A DNA stretch of 64,000 nt from Candidatus Krumholzibacteriia bacterium (GCA_963836185.1 CAWIIQ010000004.1:64001-128000), one strand, 5' to 3'; positions 10,254-20,439 are shown, numbered from the stretch's first letter. Numbers and translations: made by a program. Notes: a model not told the origin generated them from the letters alone.

Positions 10254-10589
10254 ATGGATCGCAAGGATTTCGATACGATCACCCGGATACATTCCGGGCT
10301 GCCGCAGCTCGAACCGGCGCCGGATCTTACCGACAGGATCATGGCCGGTATCGAAGCGGGCGGGACAGGACGTACAGGCTGGATGTGGCGTGTGCTTGTT
10401 CCTGCCGCTGCCGCCCTGTTTGTGCTGCTCGGCATCAGGATCGGTACGCAGCTGATGGATGCGTATTTCGAAGAGCCGGAGGTAAGGCACGCCGAGGTCA
10501 CCGGACTGGAGTATCTCGAGGCTTATCCTCCCGATTCGTTCGGCGAAGCCATGGAACTTGCCGCTGAGGGAGGGGATGATGATGAGTAA
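10254..10589 (+). CDS. Single-TM putative anti-sigma factor
   Basis: EPAPDLTDRIMA followed by a TM helix; directly downstream of an ECF sigma. Confidence 0.65.
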   Translation: MDRKDFDTITRIHSGLPQLEPAPDLTDRIMAGIEAGGTGRTGWMWRVLVPAAAALFVLLGIRIGTQLMDAYFEEPEVRHAEVTGLEYLEAYPPDSFGEAMELAAEGGDDDE

Positions 10590-11097
10590 GAGGACACTGA
10601 AAGCAATACTCGTCGTTTCGCTCGCGTTCAATCTGGCTGTAGTCGCCACCGTGGCAGTCGGCTACGCTATCCGCGAGGCGGATACCGCAGGCCAGGCCGA
10701 CGGCGGGAAGATCCCGATCGACGATCACGGAAAGGCTCTTTCGAAGTGCATCGGCCTCTCTGGAAAACAGGCCAAGTGCTTCGAGGATGTCATGACCGGG
10801 ACGAGCGAAGAAGCCGGTTTGATCAAGACGGAGCTGGAAAAGGAGAGGGACGACCTCTTCCATCTGCTCCAGGCCAGGGAGCCCGACGAGCAGGCGATAA
10901 TGGTGAAGGTCGAGTCGATAGCGGCCCTGCAGGGCCAGCTCGAAAAGCTCCTCGTAAAGAGACTGCTCGATTCAAGGGAAGTGCTGTCGCCCGAGGAGGA
11001 CGAAAGACTCCTCTACCTGATTCGCTGCAGCATGAGGCCCGGTTGTGTTGGTAAAGCAAATTGTCCGTACCAGAATGGAAAGGAAGGATCCGAATGA
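10582..11097 (+). CDS. Periplasmic heavy-metal sensor (Spy/CpxP/ZraP-like)
   Basis: ILVVSLAFNLAV anchor, IGLSGKQ, coiled coil, VLSPEE. Confidence 0.8.
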   Translation: MSKRTLKAILVVSLAFNLAVVATVAVGYAIREADTAGQADGGKIPIDDHGKALSKCIGLSGKQAKCFEDVMTGTSEEAGLIKTELEKERDDLFHLLQAREPDEQAIMVKVESIAALQGQLEKLLVKRLLDSREVLSPEEDERLLYLIRCSMRPGCVGKANCPYQNGKEGSE

Positions 11098-11657
11098 AGA
11101 AGTTCGCAGCTTTGTTTATCGTAGCGATTCTCGTCGTCTCTTTCGCGTCGGTTTCGGCGCAGGAGAAGAAGGCATGTGCGAGTTCATGCAAGAGCACAGC
11201 ACTCGACTCGGAGACAAAGGTCAAGGTCGAGAAGCTCAAGCTTCAGTACGAACTCGATATGGTCGACGTAGATGCCGAGAAGGGCAAGCTTCACGAGGCC
11301 CTGATGGCAGAACTCATGAAGGAAGACGCCTCCTCCAAGTCGATCGACAAGATCGCCAAGTCGATAAATACGAACCGCAGCAAGGCGCTCAGCCTCAAGA
11401 TGGACTACCTGCTTAAGGTCAAGAAGACTGTTCCGCCCGAGTATTTCAACAAGTTCATCACGAAGGGCCACGGCTGCGCACCCGGCTGCACGAAGCCATG
11501 CTGTGCGAAGAAGAGCTCCGGCTGCAAGTCGTCATGCTCCTCGAAGGGCGCTTCGAAATGCTCCAAGGCCGGCACCGAGGGCCACACCTGCACATCGGCC
11601 TGCACGACAGCTTCTGCGGGCTGCTCGACACCCTGCAGTGTCAAGGTCAAGAAGTAG
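11094..11657 (+). CDS. Secreted Spy/CpxP-like protein with Cys-rich C-terminal tail
   Basis: Signal peptide (ASVSA-Q), helical core ending VKKTVPPE, and a tail with 11 Cys. Confidence 0.75.
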   Translation: MKKFAALFIVAILVVSFASVSAQEKKACASSCKSTALDSETKVKVEKLKLQYELDMVDVDAEKGKLHEALMAELMKEDASSKSIDKIAKSINTNRSKALSLKMDYLLKVKKTVPPEYFNKFITKGHGCAPGCTKPCCAKKSSGCKSSCSSKGASKCSKAGTEGHTCTSACTTASAGCSTPCSVKVKK

Positions 11658-11683
11658 GGCCGTCTGAAAATTGAGATGATCCG

Positions 11684-11713
11684 GGAGGAGGCTTCAGGCC
11701 TCCTCCTTTTTTT
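11684..11713 (+). terminator. Intrinsic terminator
   Basis: ggaggaggc-ttcag-gcctcctcc-ttttttt. Confidence 0.9.
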
Positions 11714-11721
11714 GTCCTGGT

Positions 11722-13050
11722 CTATGTTGTCAGCAGGTAGCGTACGAGCAGGTATCCGCTCGCGAGGACGATCGACAAGATCATCATGGGAAATCCGTAG
11801 CGGAAATAATTACGGAAGTTGAGCGGGCTCTTCGTCTTCTCGCTGAACCCGGCTATTACTACGTTCGCCGAGGCGCCGACCAGCGTGCCGTTCCCTCCGA
11901 GGCATGCTCCCAGCGCAAGGCTCCACCAGAGCGGCATCGCCTGTTTCATCAGCCAGAGATGGTACGCAGCCTCGTCCAGGCCCTCGGTGTTCGGGAAGAG
12001 GGCCGTACTGATCCTCATCATAAGGGGGATCATCGCCGCGACAAACGGGATGTTATCGAGGAAGGCCGACGCGATCGCCGAGACCCAGAGGATGGCGAGG
12101 CAGAGGAGGGTGAGGTTGCTCGTCATGGCGAGGACCCTGCCTGCGAGAAACTCGAGGACCCCGGTCTTTTCCAGGCCGCCGACGAGAACGAAGAGGCCCA
12201 TGAAGAAGAACAGGGTCGTCCACTCGATCTCACCGAGTCTCTTCTCTATATCCGTTTCGCTCCAGATCAGCAGAATCCCGCCTCCGGCCAGAGCGATAGT
12301 CGCGGGCTCCAGGTGCAGCCATCCGTGAACGAGAAATCCTGCTATTGTCATCCCGAGCACTATGAGGCTCCGCTTAAGAAGGATGGGATCTTTTATTACC
12401 TTCGTCTCGTCCATCCCGGCGATCGTCTGGCGCATCGATTCTCCCCCCGTGGTGAGCTGTTTCCTGAAGATGATCTTCAGAAGCAGGAGGGTCACGATGA
12501 GCACGACGATCGAGATCGGGCCGAGGTGGACCACGAAATCGAGAAATGAGAGGCCGGTGGCAGAGCCGATCAGGATGTTGGGAGGATCGCCGATAAGGGT
12601 CGCGGTCCCGCCGATGTTGGCTGCCAGTATCTCCGCGATGAGGAAGGGGAAGGGAGTGATATCGAGCATCTCGGCGATCAGTATCGTGATAGGAGCTATC
12701 AGGAGGACCGTCGTGACATTGTCGAGAAGGGCGGAGGCGATCGCAGTAAAGACCGCGAACCAGAGCAGTATCTTCCATGCGTTTCCGCCAGACTTCTTCG
12801 CTATCGTGATGGCGAACCAGGTGAAGACACCCGTCTCCTTCAGGACGCTGATAAGGAGCATCATCCCGGTGAGGAGGCCTATCGTGTTGAAGTCGATGAA
12901 ATCGAAGGCTTCATGCTGCGTGAGGATATGGAAGACGATAAGGAGGACGCCTCCCATGAGGGCTATCTTCGTCCTGTGTATCTTCTCTGAGATGATGAAA
13001 AGGTAGGCCAGGAGAAAGATCGCGATCGCTGCTATAGTTCCGGGAGCCAC
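11722..13050 (-). CDS. ArsB/NhaD (SLC13/CitMHS) family transporter
   Basis: SALLDNVTTV, ANIGGTATLIGDPPN, LDNIPF, GGNGTLVGASAN; GTG start overlaps the CBS gene stop. Confidence 0.92.
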   Translation of the reverse strand: MAPGTIAAIAIFLLAYLFIISEKIHRTKIALMGGVLLIVFHILTQHEAFDFIDFNTIGLLTGMMLLISVLKETGVFTWFAITIAKKSGGNAWKILLWFAVFTAIASALLDNVTTVLLIAPITILIAEMLDITPFPFLIAEILAANIGGTATLIGDPPNILIGSATGLSFLDFVVHLGPISIVVLIVTLLLLKIIFRKQLTTGGESMRQTIAGMDETKVIKDPILLKRSLIVLGMTIAGFLVHGWLHLEPATIALAGGGILLIWSETDIEKRLGEIEWTTLFFFMGLFVLVGGLEKTGVLEFLAGRVLAMTSNLTLLCLAILWVSAIASAFLDNIPFVAAMIPLMMRISTALFPNTEGLDEAAYHLWLMKQAMPLWWSLALGACLGGNGTLVGASANVVIAGFSEKTKSPLNFRNYFRYGFPMMILSIVLASGYLLVRYLLTT

Positions 13051-13502
13051 TAACTGCCTTCCATGTCGTAGATCGCCCGGCACACGTCGCCCAGACTTAT
13101 CATCCCGACGAGCCGCTGACTGCTCACTACAGGTAATCGGCGCAGCTGTATCTTGTGAAGAGCCGCTGCCGCCTTCATCACGCTCTCGGTCTCCTCGAGG
13201 GGCGTAACGTCCTCGCGCATCAGGTCCTCGGCGACGAGCAGCCTCTCCTCTACAGAGTAGGTGCTTCTCTCGAGGGCGCCGAAATCATGCAGGAAATCGA
13301 CGTTTCTTATCAGGTCGATATAATCGGGAAGAAAGATCAGGATGAAATCGTCTATCGTGATGATGCCCAAGAGGGTGCCGTCCTCGCCCGTTACGGGAAG
13401 GACCGATTCTCCCGTCTCGAAGAAGAGGCGCGCGATCTCACGCATCGGAGTATGAGGAGCGACGGTCCGGAAGTCCCTCTTCATATATTTGCTGATCTCC
13501 AT
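13050..13502 (-). CDS. CBS domain pair protein
   Basis: LPVTGEDGTLLGIIT; RLPVVSSQRLVGMIS. Confidence 0.9.
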   Translation of the reverse strand: MEISKYMKRDFRTVAPHTPMREIARLFFETGESVLPVTGEDGTLLGIITIDDFILIFLPDYIDLIRNVDFLHDFGALERSTYSVEERLLVAEDLMREDVTPLEETESVMKAAAALHKIQLRRLPVVSSQRLVGMISLGDVCRAIYDMEGS

Positions 13503-13514
13503 GAGCGGTTCCCG

Positions 13515-13979
13515 TCACAGGTACTTCTTCTCGGCCGATTCAACGAATGACTGGAATTCTTTCGCGTCGCGGCAGGCCATCATCCCTGTCCTCACCTCTT
13601 CGTGCTTGATCAGGCGGGAGATTCCGGCGAGAGCCTGGATATGAGGCCCGCACCGGTCCTTCGCCGATACCATTATGAAGAAGAGGTGTGAATCCTCGCC
13701 TTCGACGGACTCGAAATCTATCCCTTCGCGGGAGAGCCCGAAGGCCACGTACAGTTTGTCAACAGCTGAGGTCTTGGCGTGAGGTACGGCAAGACCCATC
13801 CCTATACCCGTGCTGGCCGTCGCCTCGCGGTTGCGGATCGCTTCGAGGATAGTATCTCGTTCCTTCAGGCGGTAGGCGGAACAGAGGAGGTCGACGAGTT
13901 CTTCGATCGCCTCGTCCTTTCCGGTCGACTTCATCTCCATCAGGATCGCTGATTTTTTTATCTCGGAAGACAGCTTCAT
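13515..13979 (-). CDS. PTS IIA component (Ntr/fructose-type, PtsN-like)
   Basis: REATASTGIGMGLAVPHAK phospho-His motif. Confidence 0.9.
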   Translation of the reverse strand: MKLSSEIKKSAILMEMKSTGKDEAIEELVDLLCSAYRLKERDTILEAIRNREATASTGIGMGLAVPHAKTSAVDKLYVAFGLSREGIDFESVEGEDSHLFFIMVSAKDRCGPHIQALAGISRLIKHEEVRTGMMACRDAKEFQSFVESAEKKYL

Positions 13980-14057
13980 CTTGGATTTCCAGTCGCTTTC
14001 GGGGCCTGTTCCCCGAAGGCAGTAAAGTTAGTCGACGGTGCCATTAAAGTCAACGCA

Positions 14058-14729
14058 TTACCAGATCGCTACGCCGGCGGTGAAGTAGAAATACATCCCG
14101 CTGTAGTCCAGGACGACCGGCTCGCCCGTTCCCGTGAACTCGGGCGTGTTGCCGTACTTGTCCTCGAAGCCGTCGACCTTGAGGCTTCTGTATCCGAGAG
14201 TGAATCCGACCTGGACCGGATTGAGGAAGTTCGTGTTGATCTCCCCGTAGATATCCCATCCGTAATCGTTGGATTTGTACTCGATGTACCTGCCGTCCTG
14301 GTCAGTGCCGTAGACTACCTTGGCGAAGTCTCCCTTCAAGCCGGCATTGATATCTATGACCTTGGGGACCCTGTAGATATGCAGGACCCCGCCGAGCGAG
14401 AGTATATCGGCGGGCATCTTGTATGTGACATAGTTCGTTGAGCCGATAGGCATATTGTAATCGGCCCACAGATGCTCGTACCCGACTGACGCGGCGAAAC
14501 GTCCGAACATCCAGACCCTTCCATCGAGCATGACATTGAACTCGCTGTCGAAATCATCGAATTCGAGACCGTATTGCTCGCGTATAGCCTGGACATGCGC
14601 GTCGAACTCCGACATCGAATAGTAGCCGATGCCGACGCCGCCCTTGACCTCGAACCCGATCGGAAATGCCGCCGCTGCCGATGGTACGAGTATCACCACT
14701 GCCAGCGCCGCGGCTATCAGTCGCTTCAT
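14058..14729 (-). CDS. Outer-membrane beta-barrel-like protein
   Basis: Signal peptide, alternating aromatic strands, C-terminal AGVAIW. Confidence 0.7.
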   Translation of the reverse strand: MKRLIAAALAVVILVPSAAAAFPIGFEVKGGVGIGYYSMSEFDAHVQAIREQYGLEFDDFDSEFNVMLDGRVWMFGRFAASVGYEHLWADYNMPIGSTNYVTYKMPADILSLGGVLHIYRVPKVIDINAGLKGDFAKVVYGTDQDGRYIEYKSNDYGWDIYGEINTNFLNPVQVGFTLGYRSLKVDGFEDKYGNTPEFTGTGEPVVLDYSGMYFYFTAGVAIW

Positions 14730-15878
14730 CCCTGGCCCCTTTCCTTGAGATAGTTCTCCAGCCTGTCCATTCCTTCTTTTATGTTTTCCAGCGAGTTGGC
14801 GTATGATATCCGCAGATGTCCCTCGCCTCTTTCACCGAAATCGATTCCCGGCGTCAGCGCTACCCCGGCCCTTTCCAGGATATCGAAAGCGAGGCGGAAC
14901 GAGTCGGGATCGATGTGGTCGGTCCTGACGAAAATATAGAACGCTCCCTTCGGCTCGACGGCGTACTCGAGACCCAGTGCGGGGAGCCTTTCGAGAAGGT
15001 ATCGCCTTCTCCGGTCATATTTTTCTATCATCGCCGGGAATCTCGGGATGCTCTGTGTCGAGGGCGGTGACCGCGGCCTTCTGCACGAACGAGCTGGGCG
15101 ATATGAAGAAATTCTGCTGGAGGATCTGCATCTGCCGGATCCTCTCTTCCGGCATTATGACATATCCGAGTCTCCAGCCCGTCATGGCGAACAGTTTCGA
15201 AAAGCCGTTGAGCACCCATGCCTCTTTCGTAAACTCGAGAGCGCTGTGTTCCTTCTCGCCATAGACGAGGCCATGATATATCTCGTCGCTTACTACCGGC
15301 AGCCCGAGCCGGCAGATCTCCTCGAGATCGCCCGGCGCGATGAGTGTGCCCATAGGATTGGCGGGAGAGTTTATCACTACAGCTCTCGTAGCCGGCCCGA
15401 TCGCGGCCCTGACATCGTCCGGCCTGAGCTGGAAGCCGTCCTCTTCCCTGGTCGCGATGAAGCGGGGGGTCCCGCCGAGGTACCTTACGAAATTGGGATA
15501 GCACGGATAGCAGGGATTGCCGAGGATCACCTCGTCGCCGGGCCCGTCGACCATGCAGGACAGGACGAGGAGCAGTGCGGGAGAGACGCCCATCGTCACG
15601 AGGACCTGTGAGGGAGTCACACCGCAATCGTAGCGGCCGTTGTACCAGCGGGCAACCGCTTCGCGCAGCTCGGGGATCCCCCTGCTGTCGGTGTAGTGAG
15701 TGTCCCCGCTGTCGAGCGATCTCTTCGCCGCTTCAATGACGGCGGCAGGTGTATCGAAGTCAGGCTCGCCGATCTCCATGTGAATGATCGACCTGCCCTC
15801 GCGCTCGAGCTCCAGTGCCCTCTCGAGCACTTCCATGACTATGAACGGTTTTATCTCTCCGCACGCTGCACGGGTCAT
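14726..15878 (-). CDS. PLP-dependent class I/II aminotransferase; frameshift ~15035
   Basis: IGEPDF, NSPANPMG, SDEIY, GFSKLFAMTGWRLG, PKGAFY, LRISYA. Confidence 0.92.
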
Positions 15879-15970
15879 CGGCGCGGTCCTTTCACATTCA
15901 GACTATACTGGAGAATATAGCCTAAGCCGTGATAAAGTCAAACATATCACGGGTATGGAAGGAGTCTGAG

Positions 15971-16276
15971 ATGGCAGTGTGTTCCGTGACCGTCGTACCG
16001 GTCGGAACCGGCTCGACAAGCGTCAGTTCTTATGTCGCAAGGTGCCACGAGATACTGGCCGGCACCGGAGGGATCAAGTACAGGCTGACCCCGATGTCCA
16101 CGGTGATCGAAGGAGAGCTCGAGACTGTCCTGTCCACGGTAGCGAGGCTTCATGAGGTGCCGTTCGAGAAAGGCGCCATGAGGGTGCTGACCACGATGAT
16201 GATAGATGACCGCCGGGACAGGGAACTGACGATGGACGGCAAGATCTCGTCTGTAGAGGAAAAGCTCGGCGGATGA
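15971..16276 (+). CDS. MTH1187/YkoF thiamine-binding family protein
   Basis: VPVGTGSTSVSSYVA, LTPMSTVIEG, IDDRRD. Confidence 0.88.
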   Translation: MAVCSVTVVPVGTGSTSVSSYVARCHEILAGTGGIKYRLTPMSTVIEGELETVLSTVARLHEVPFEKGAMRVLTTMMIDDRRDRELTMDGKISSVEEKLGG

Positions 16277-16281
16277 TCCGG

Positions 16282-17049
16282 TCAGCGGCGGACCATCATC
16301 GCGAGGGTCCAGTTGCGTCCCGTTCTTCCACCATCGCGCCTGTACGAGAAAAGGCTGCTCTCACACGAGGTGCAGATGCCGGAGTCGAAGAAGTTGGCAG
16401 GGCTCACGCCTGCCCGCTCCGTCTCCGCCCGTATGAACCGGGGCAGGTCGAGGTGCCAGCTCTTCTTGCGGCGGATCCTCGCGTGCGCGGGAAGGCTCAT
16501 CGCCACGTCGCGGCCGACCTCGTAGCAGGCCGGGCATATCCCCGGGCCGCATATCGCCACGGTATTTCCCGCATCGATGCTGTACCTGTCGTACAGGATG
16601 CTGAAAGCCTTTTCGACTATTCCTTCCGCCGCTCCTGAGCGTCCGACGTGGAGCGCTGCGAGCACCATCTCGGACGGTGAATGTATTACCAGCGGGAAAC
16701 AGTCGGCGGAGTTTATCGCCAGTGAGAGATCTCTCGAAGTGGTGATGAAGCCGTCCGTATCATCGTACTTTCCGCCCCTTGCCACCGTCGCTATCCCTGT
16801 GCCGTGCACCTGTCCGCCTCTCGCGACACGGTTCGGTCCGATACCGAGAGCCTTTTTCAACCTGTTCCTGTTTTCGAGAACATCTCTCCGCATGTCGCCG
16901 ACATGGCTGCCCAGGTTGAGGGAATCGAAAGGCGGCATGCTAACGCCTCCGCTTCTCGTGGTGAACCAGACGCGCAGGGCGGGAGCAAGAGCCTCGAGCG
17001 CGGGGAAGGTGCCGACGCGGAGGCCGTTCTTTTCGTTCCATGCTATCAT
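16282..17049 (-). CDS. pgeF: Peptidoglycan editing factor PgeF/YfiH (laccase-domain family)
   Basis: TTRSGGVS, SLNLG, QVHG, ADCFP, GPGI, CYEV, CTSC, FSYRR. Confidence 0.88.
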   Translation of the reverse strand: MIAWNEKNGLRVGTFPALEALAPALRVWFTTRSGGVSMPPFDSLNLGSHVGDMRRDVLENRNRLKKALGIGPNRVARGGQVHGTGIATVARGGKYDDTDGFITTSRDLSLAINSADCFPLVIHSPSEMVLAALHVGRSGAAEGIVEKAFSILYDRYSIDAGNTVAICGPGICPACYEVGRDVAMSLPAHARIRRKKSWHLDLPRFIRAETERAGVSPANFFDSGICTSCESSLFSYRRDGGRTGRNWTLAMMVRR

Positions 17050-17139
17050 AGGTGATAAGTTCTGTTGACATGCCACCGCAGGTCAAGGAAAACTTGAGCG
17101 CCGGTCCGGTTCCGGCAACATCGAAAGGGAAGGATCGCT

Positions 17140-18303
17140 GTGAGATATTTGGAGGGATACAGATGCGGCAACTGCGAGAGGGTAGTGCCGGCAGGGTCCG
17201 CGGCCGGTGAGTGCCCCTCGTGCTCGGGCCCGCTTCTGGCTGTCTACGACCTCGGTCTGCTGGGCAGAAATGTGACCAGGGAGGAGTTCTACGGTCCGGG
17301 CGAAGGGATCTGGCGGTTCAGGGATCTTCTTCCGGTCTTTTCACGGGAGATATCGCTTGGTGAGGGGAATACGCCGATGCTCGAGGCACCGGTGCTTGCC
17401 GCCTCGGCAGGATGCGGGCATCTCTACATCAAGAACGAGGCGTTCAATCCGACCGGGTCGTTCAAGGCGCGCGGGATGGCAGCCGCTGTCTCGCGTCTCA
17501 TCGATCTGGGCGCCCGCACCGGGGTCATCCCCTCGGCGGGCAACGCCGGCCTGGCCCTGGCCGCCTATGGCGCAGCGGCAGGACTGGGAGCGAGGATATA
17601 CATACCGTCAGTCACTCCGGAAGGAGTGGAGGAGGAGTGCGCCGCGTACGGGGCCGATGTCAGGAGGATAGAGGGTATCCTCCCCGATGCCGGCAGGGCG
17701 ATGGCGGACGACGGGCTCGAGGAGGGCGAGTTCGCCATCAGCACGTTCAGGGAGCCTGGCAGGGTCGAGGGGAAGAAGACGATGGCCTTCGAGATAGAGG
17801 ACCGGCTCGACGGGCAGTCTCCACGCTGGATAATCTTTCCGACCGGCGGCGGCACCGGTGTCGTCGCTTTCTGGAAGGCATATCTCGAACTCGAGGAACT
17901 CGGTTGGCTCTCGGGAGAGAAACCGCGGATCGTCGCCGTCCAGTCCGAAGGATGCGCTCCTGTTGTGAAGGCATTCGAGGCTGGAGCGGAGATTATGGAG
18001 ACCTGGGCCGATCCGGTCACGATCGCCTCGGGGATCAGGGTGCCCGGTTCGAGGGCCGACCGGCAGGTGCTCCGTGCGCTGCGTGAGACCGGGGGGACGG
18101 CGGTAGCCGTTTCAGATGAAGCGATCCTCTATGCCGGGCGAGTAATGGCACGCCTTGCGGGGATATTCCCGGCGCCGGAGGGCGCGGCTACGCTGGCGGG
18201 GCTGATTAAGCTTACAGCCGCTGGAACGATCGGGCCTGAAGATACGGTCGTAATAGTCAACACCGCAGACTGGACAAGATACAGGTTCCTGCTCGATGGC
18301 TGA
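17140..18303 (+). CDS. thrC: Threonine synthase
   Basis: N-terminal CxxC...CxxC, LGEGNTP, NPTGSFKARG, SAGNAG, PTGGG. Confidence 0.85.
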   Translation: MRYLEGYRCGNCERVVPAGSAAGECPSCSGPLLAVYDLGLLGRNVTREEFYGPGEGIWRFRDLLPVFSREISLGEGNTPMLEAPVLAASAGCGHLYIKNEAFNPTGSFKARGMAAAVSRLIDLGARTGVIPSAGNAGLALAAYGAAAGLGARIYIPSVTPEGVEEECAAYGADVRRIEGILPDAGRAMADDGLEEGEFAISTFREPGRVEGKKTMAFEIEDRLDGQSPRWIIFPTGGGTGVVAFWKAYLELEELGWLSGEKPRIVAVQSEGCAPVVKAFEAGAEIMETWADPVTIASGIRVPGSRADRQVLRALRETGGTAVAVSDEAILYAGRVMARLAGIFPAPEGAATLAGLIKLTAAGTIGPEDTVVIVNTADWTRYRFLLDG

Positions 18304-18335
18304 AAAAAAGCCCCCGGACCTTTCGATCCGGGGGC
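18303..18335 (-). terminator. Intrinsic terminator between convergent genes
   Basis: aaaaaaa-gcccccgga...tccgggggc; U-tract on the minus strand. Confidence 0.8.
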
Positions 18336-18362
18336 CGTATCATATCTGTTTTTCGAAGGGGA

Positions 18363-20363
18363 TCAGCGTTTGCGCCCGGTGCTCCTGCTTCCCGAGGACC
18401 TGCTGCCGGAAGACCTGCTCCCCGAGGACTTACTCCCTGAGGACTTGCTTCCCGATGACCTGGTCGAGCTGCTTTTCGTCGTCGTCCTGCTGCTCGATCC
18501 GGATGAGCTGCTGCTTTTCCTTACTCCGCTGTTTTTCGTCGAACTCTTGCTCGTATTGCTCTTTGTCGAACTGTTGTCGCTCTTTCCGGAATCTTTTGTC
18601 GAGCGCGCCGACGTTCCTGAGCGTGTCGTGGACTTTTTCCTGGCGGAAGACTTTGTGCGGCTGCCGCTCGTATCTCTCTGCTTTGCTTTTCTTTCTTCCT
18701 CCCGGGCCCGGACACGCCTCTCGAGCTCCGAACCGATGTCCTTCCGGCTGGTGCCGCGCTGGTTCGCGGTACCAGTCGAGCCGCGTTCAAAACTCCTGTT
18801 GCTCTTGTCCGTCTTGATAGTGGCCTCACTGGAGGAACCGCGTTCCTTCGTACTTGTCGACCTTGTCGAGCTCTGGTTTGCCGTTCTGGCGCTGCGGGTC
18901 GCCCCGTAGTTGCCGTAGACGCCCCGTTCGTAACGGCTCGCCCTGCCCGTGTTGTACCTGCTCGACTCGAAGGATCTGAATCCCGTCGAGGCCCTTTCCC
19001 TCGTGACCTGCTTTGCCAGGCGTGAACGCTGGTAGCTCCGCACCGTCGCGGCCTGCGTCCTGTCCCTGACAAGCCTGCTGGAGGCCAGGGTCTCGCTGCG
19101 GTTCGCCTTTACCATCGTCGAGGTGTAGTCGAGCGTGCCCCGCTTTGTGAAATCACGGGAGCTCGCTGCGGTAGTGCTCGTCTTCACCCTCGTCGTGGTA
19201 TTGTCAGCCGTGCTGCGTTTCGTGAAACTGCGTCCGGCATAGAGGGACCTGCTGTCGGCAGGGTAGGAATACCCCGGGTAGTATCCGCCGCTCCCGTAAT
19301 ATCCATTCCAGTACCCGTTATTGTAACCGTGCCAGTAGGCATGATACGAATATGGGTGCCAGGAGTAGAACGGGTAATGGTGGTAGTAGGATCCGCCGCC
19401 CCATCCCCAGCCGATCCCCCAGGAGACCCCGTACCAGTTGGAGTAACAGCTGCCATACCAGGGCCAGTATCCCGGCCAGTAGTATGAGTAGGGATAATAG
19501 CCGCTGGAGTAGTAGACGGAGAGGTAGACCTTCTGCTGGTCGTACTCGTAATCGTCATCTCCGAGGGAGAGGTTGTCAGTGTAATATGTGTACGATTCGT
19601 ATTCGTCCTCGGGAGCGCTGCTGCCTGCCTGCACTATGGCGTAGAGCTGCGGGTAGGGGTAGCCGGCATCCTCGTTGATGGCGATAAACTCGATGTCGAC
19701 CTCCGGGCACTCCATCGCGTACGGATCGGGGATCTTGGAGGGCGAGTGGCACTTGTAGCAGAGATAGCCCGGGTAATCGACCTTGTGGTTGATGTAGAAA
19801 AAGGTGTAGTCGGTAGCCGGAGTCATACGCTCCGCGTCAGAGATCAGCTCCTCGTCTATCATGTTGAAGGCGAGGAAAGGATCCATGTCGATCCTCAGCC
19901 TCCTCTCCTCCGGCATAGTGCTGTTCTGCGCGAGGTAGTAGAGCTCGTCACGGTCGATCCGCGATGGATCGTTGACCGCGATGGCATGGATGTACTCGAC
20001 GCCTGTATCTCCTCCGACCTCCCAGGTTATTCCGGCTCCCTGTTCGGGCAGGAAGTATACCTTCCTGCCGCTAACCATCTCTGGCCGACCGTCGGCGGGA
20101 TAGAGCAGGTGCACGTATCCTTCGCTGTCGATGTTGTAGATGATCACATAGGCGTCCGAGCTTGTCTGAAAAGTCAGGTTGATGTCCCGCCCCGGCATCA
20201 GTACCGCGCCTCTTCCGCCGATCAGGCGGAGCGAGACATCGACATCGCTCGCGACGGCGGGCTTCAAGGCAGGTGAACTGTTTATCTCCACCGGTGCGGT
20301 CAAAGCTGCCGCGGGCAATATGACGATTACAGCGAGAAGGAAGAGCAGTAGCGAACGTTTCAT
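18363..20363 (-). CDS. Secreted DUF4384-domain protein with CxxCH, Tyr/Trp/Gly-rich middle and Ser/Arg/Lys-rich tail
   Basis: Signal peptide; DAYVIIYNIDSEGYVHLLYP (DUF4384-like); CYKCH; low-complexity C-terminus. Confidence 0.78.
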   Translation of the reverse strand: MKRSLLLFLLAVIVILPAAALTAPVEINSSPALKPAVASDVDVSLRLIGGRGAVLMPGRDINLTFQTSSDAYVIIYNIDSEGYVHLLYPADGRPEMVSGRKVYFLPEQGAGITWEVGGDTGVEYIHAIAVNDPSRIDRDELYYLAQNSTMPEERRLRIDMDPFLAFNMIDEELISDAERMTPATDYTFFYINHKVDYPGYLCYKCHSPSKIPDPYAMECPEVDIEFIAINEDAGYPYPQLYAIVQAGSSAPEDEYESYTYYTDNLSLGDDDYEYDQQKVYLSVYYSSGYYPYSYYWPGYWPWYGSCYSNWYGVSWGIGWGWGGGSYYHHYPFYSWHPYSYHAYWHGYNNGYWNGYYGSGGYYPGYSYPADSRSLYAGRSFTKRSTADNTTTRVKTSTTAASSRDFTKRGTLDYTSTMVKANRSETLASSRLVRDRTQAATVRSYQRSRLAKQVTRERASTGFRSFESSRYNTGRASRYERGVYGNYGATRSARTANQSSTRSTSTKERGSSSEATIKTDKSNRSFERGSTGTANQRGTSRKDIGSELERRVRAREEERKAKQRDTSGSRTKSSARKKSTTRSGTSARSTKDSGKSDNSSTKSNTSKSSTKNSGVRKSSSSSGSSSRTTTKSSSTRSSGSKSSGSKSSGSRSSGSRSSGSRSTGRKR
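18391..18465. repeat. Five imperfect 15-bp tandem repeats encoding S(R/K)SSG units
   Basis: cccgaggacctgctg/ccggaagacctgctc/cccgaggacttactc/cctgaggacttgctt/cccgatgacctggtc. Confidence 0.85.
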
Positions 20364-20439
20364 GGCCAGGACTCCCTTCCAGGGGATACGACTGACGCCG
20401 GTATCGGTGAGGCTGGCACCTCGCCAGAGCGCCATTACA

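Noticed and set aside
18391-18465. Tandem repeats as a possible CRISPR array
   Set aside because: 15-bp degenerate coding repeats with no spacers.
18370-18909. Plus-strand ORF with LLPED repeats
   Set aside because: Antisense shadow of the Ser/Arg-rich tail of the DUF4384 gene.
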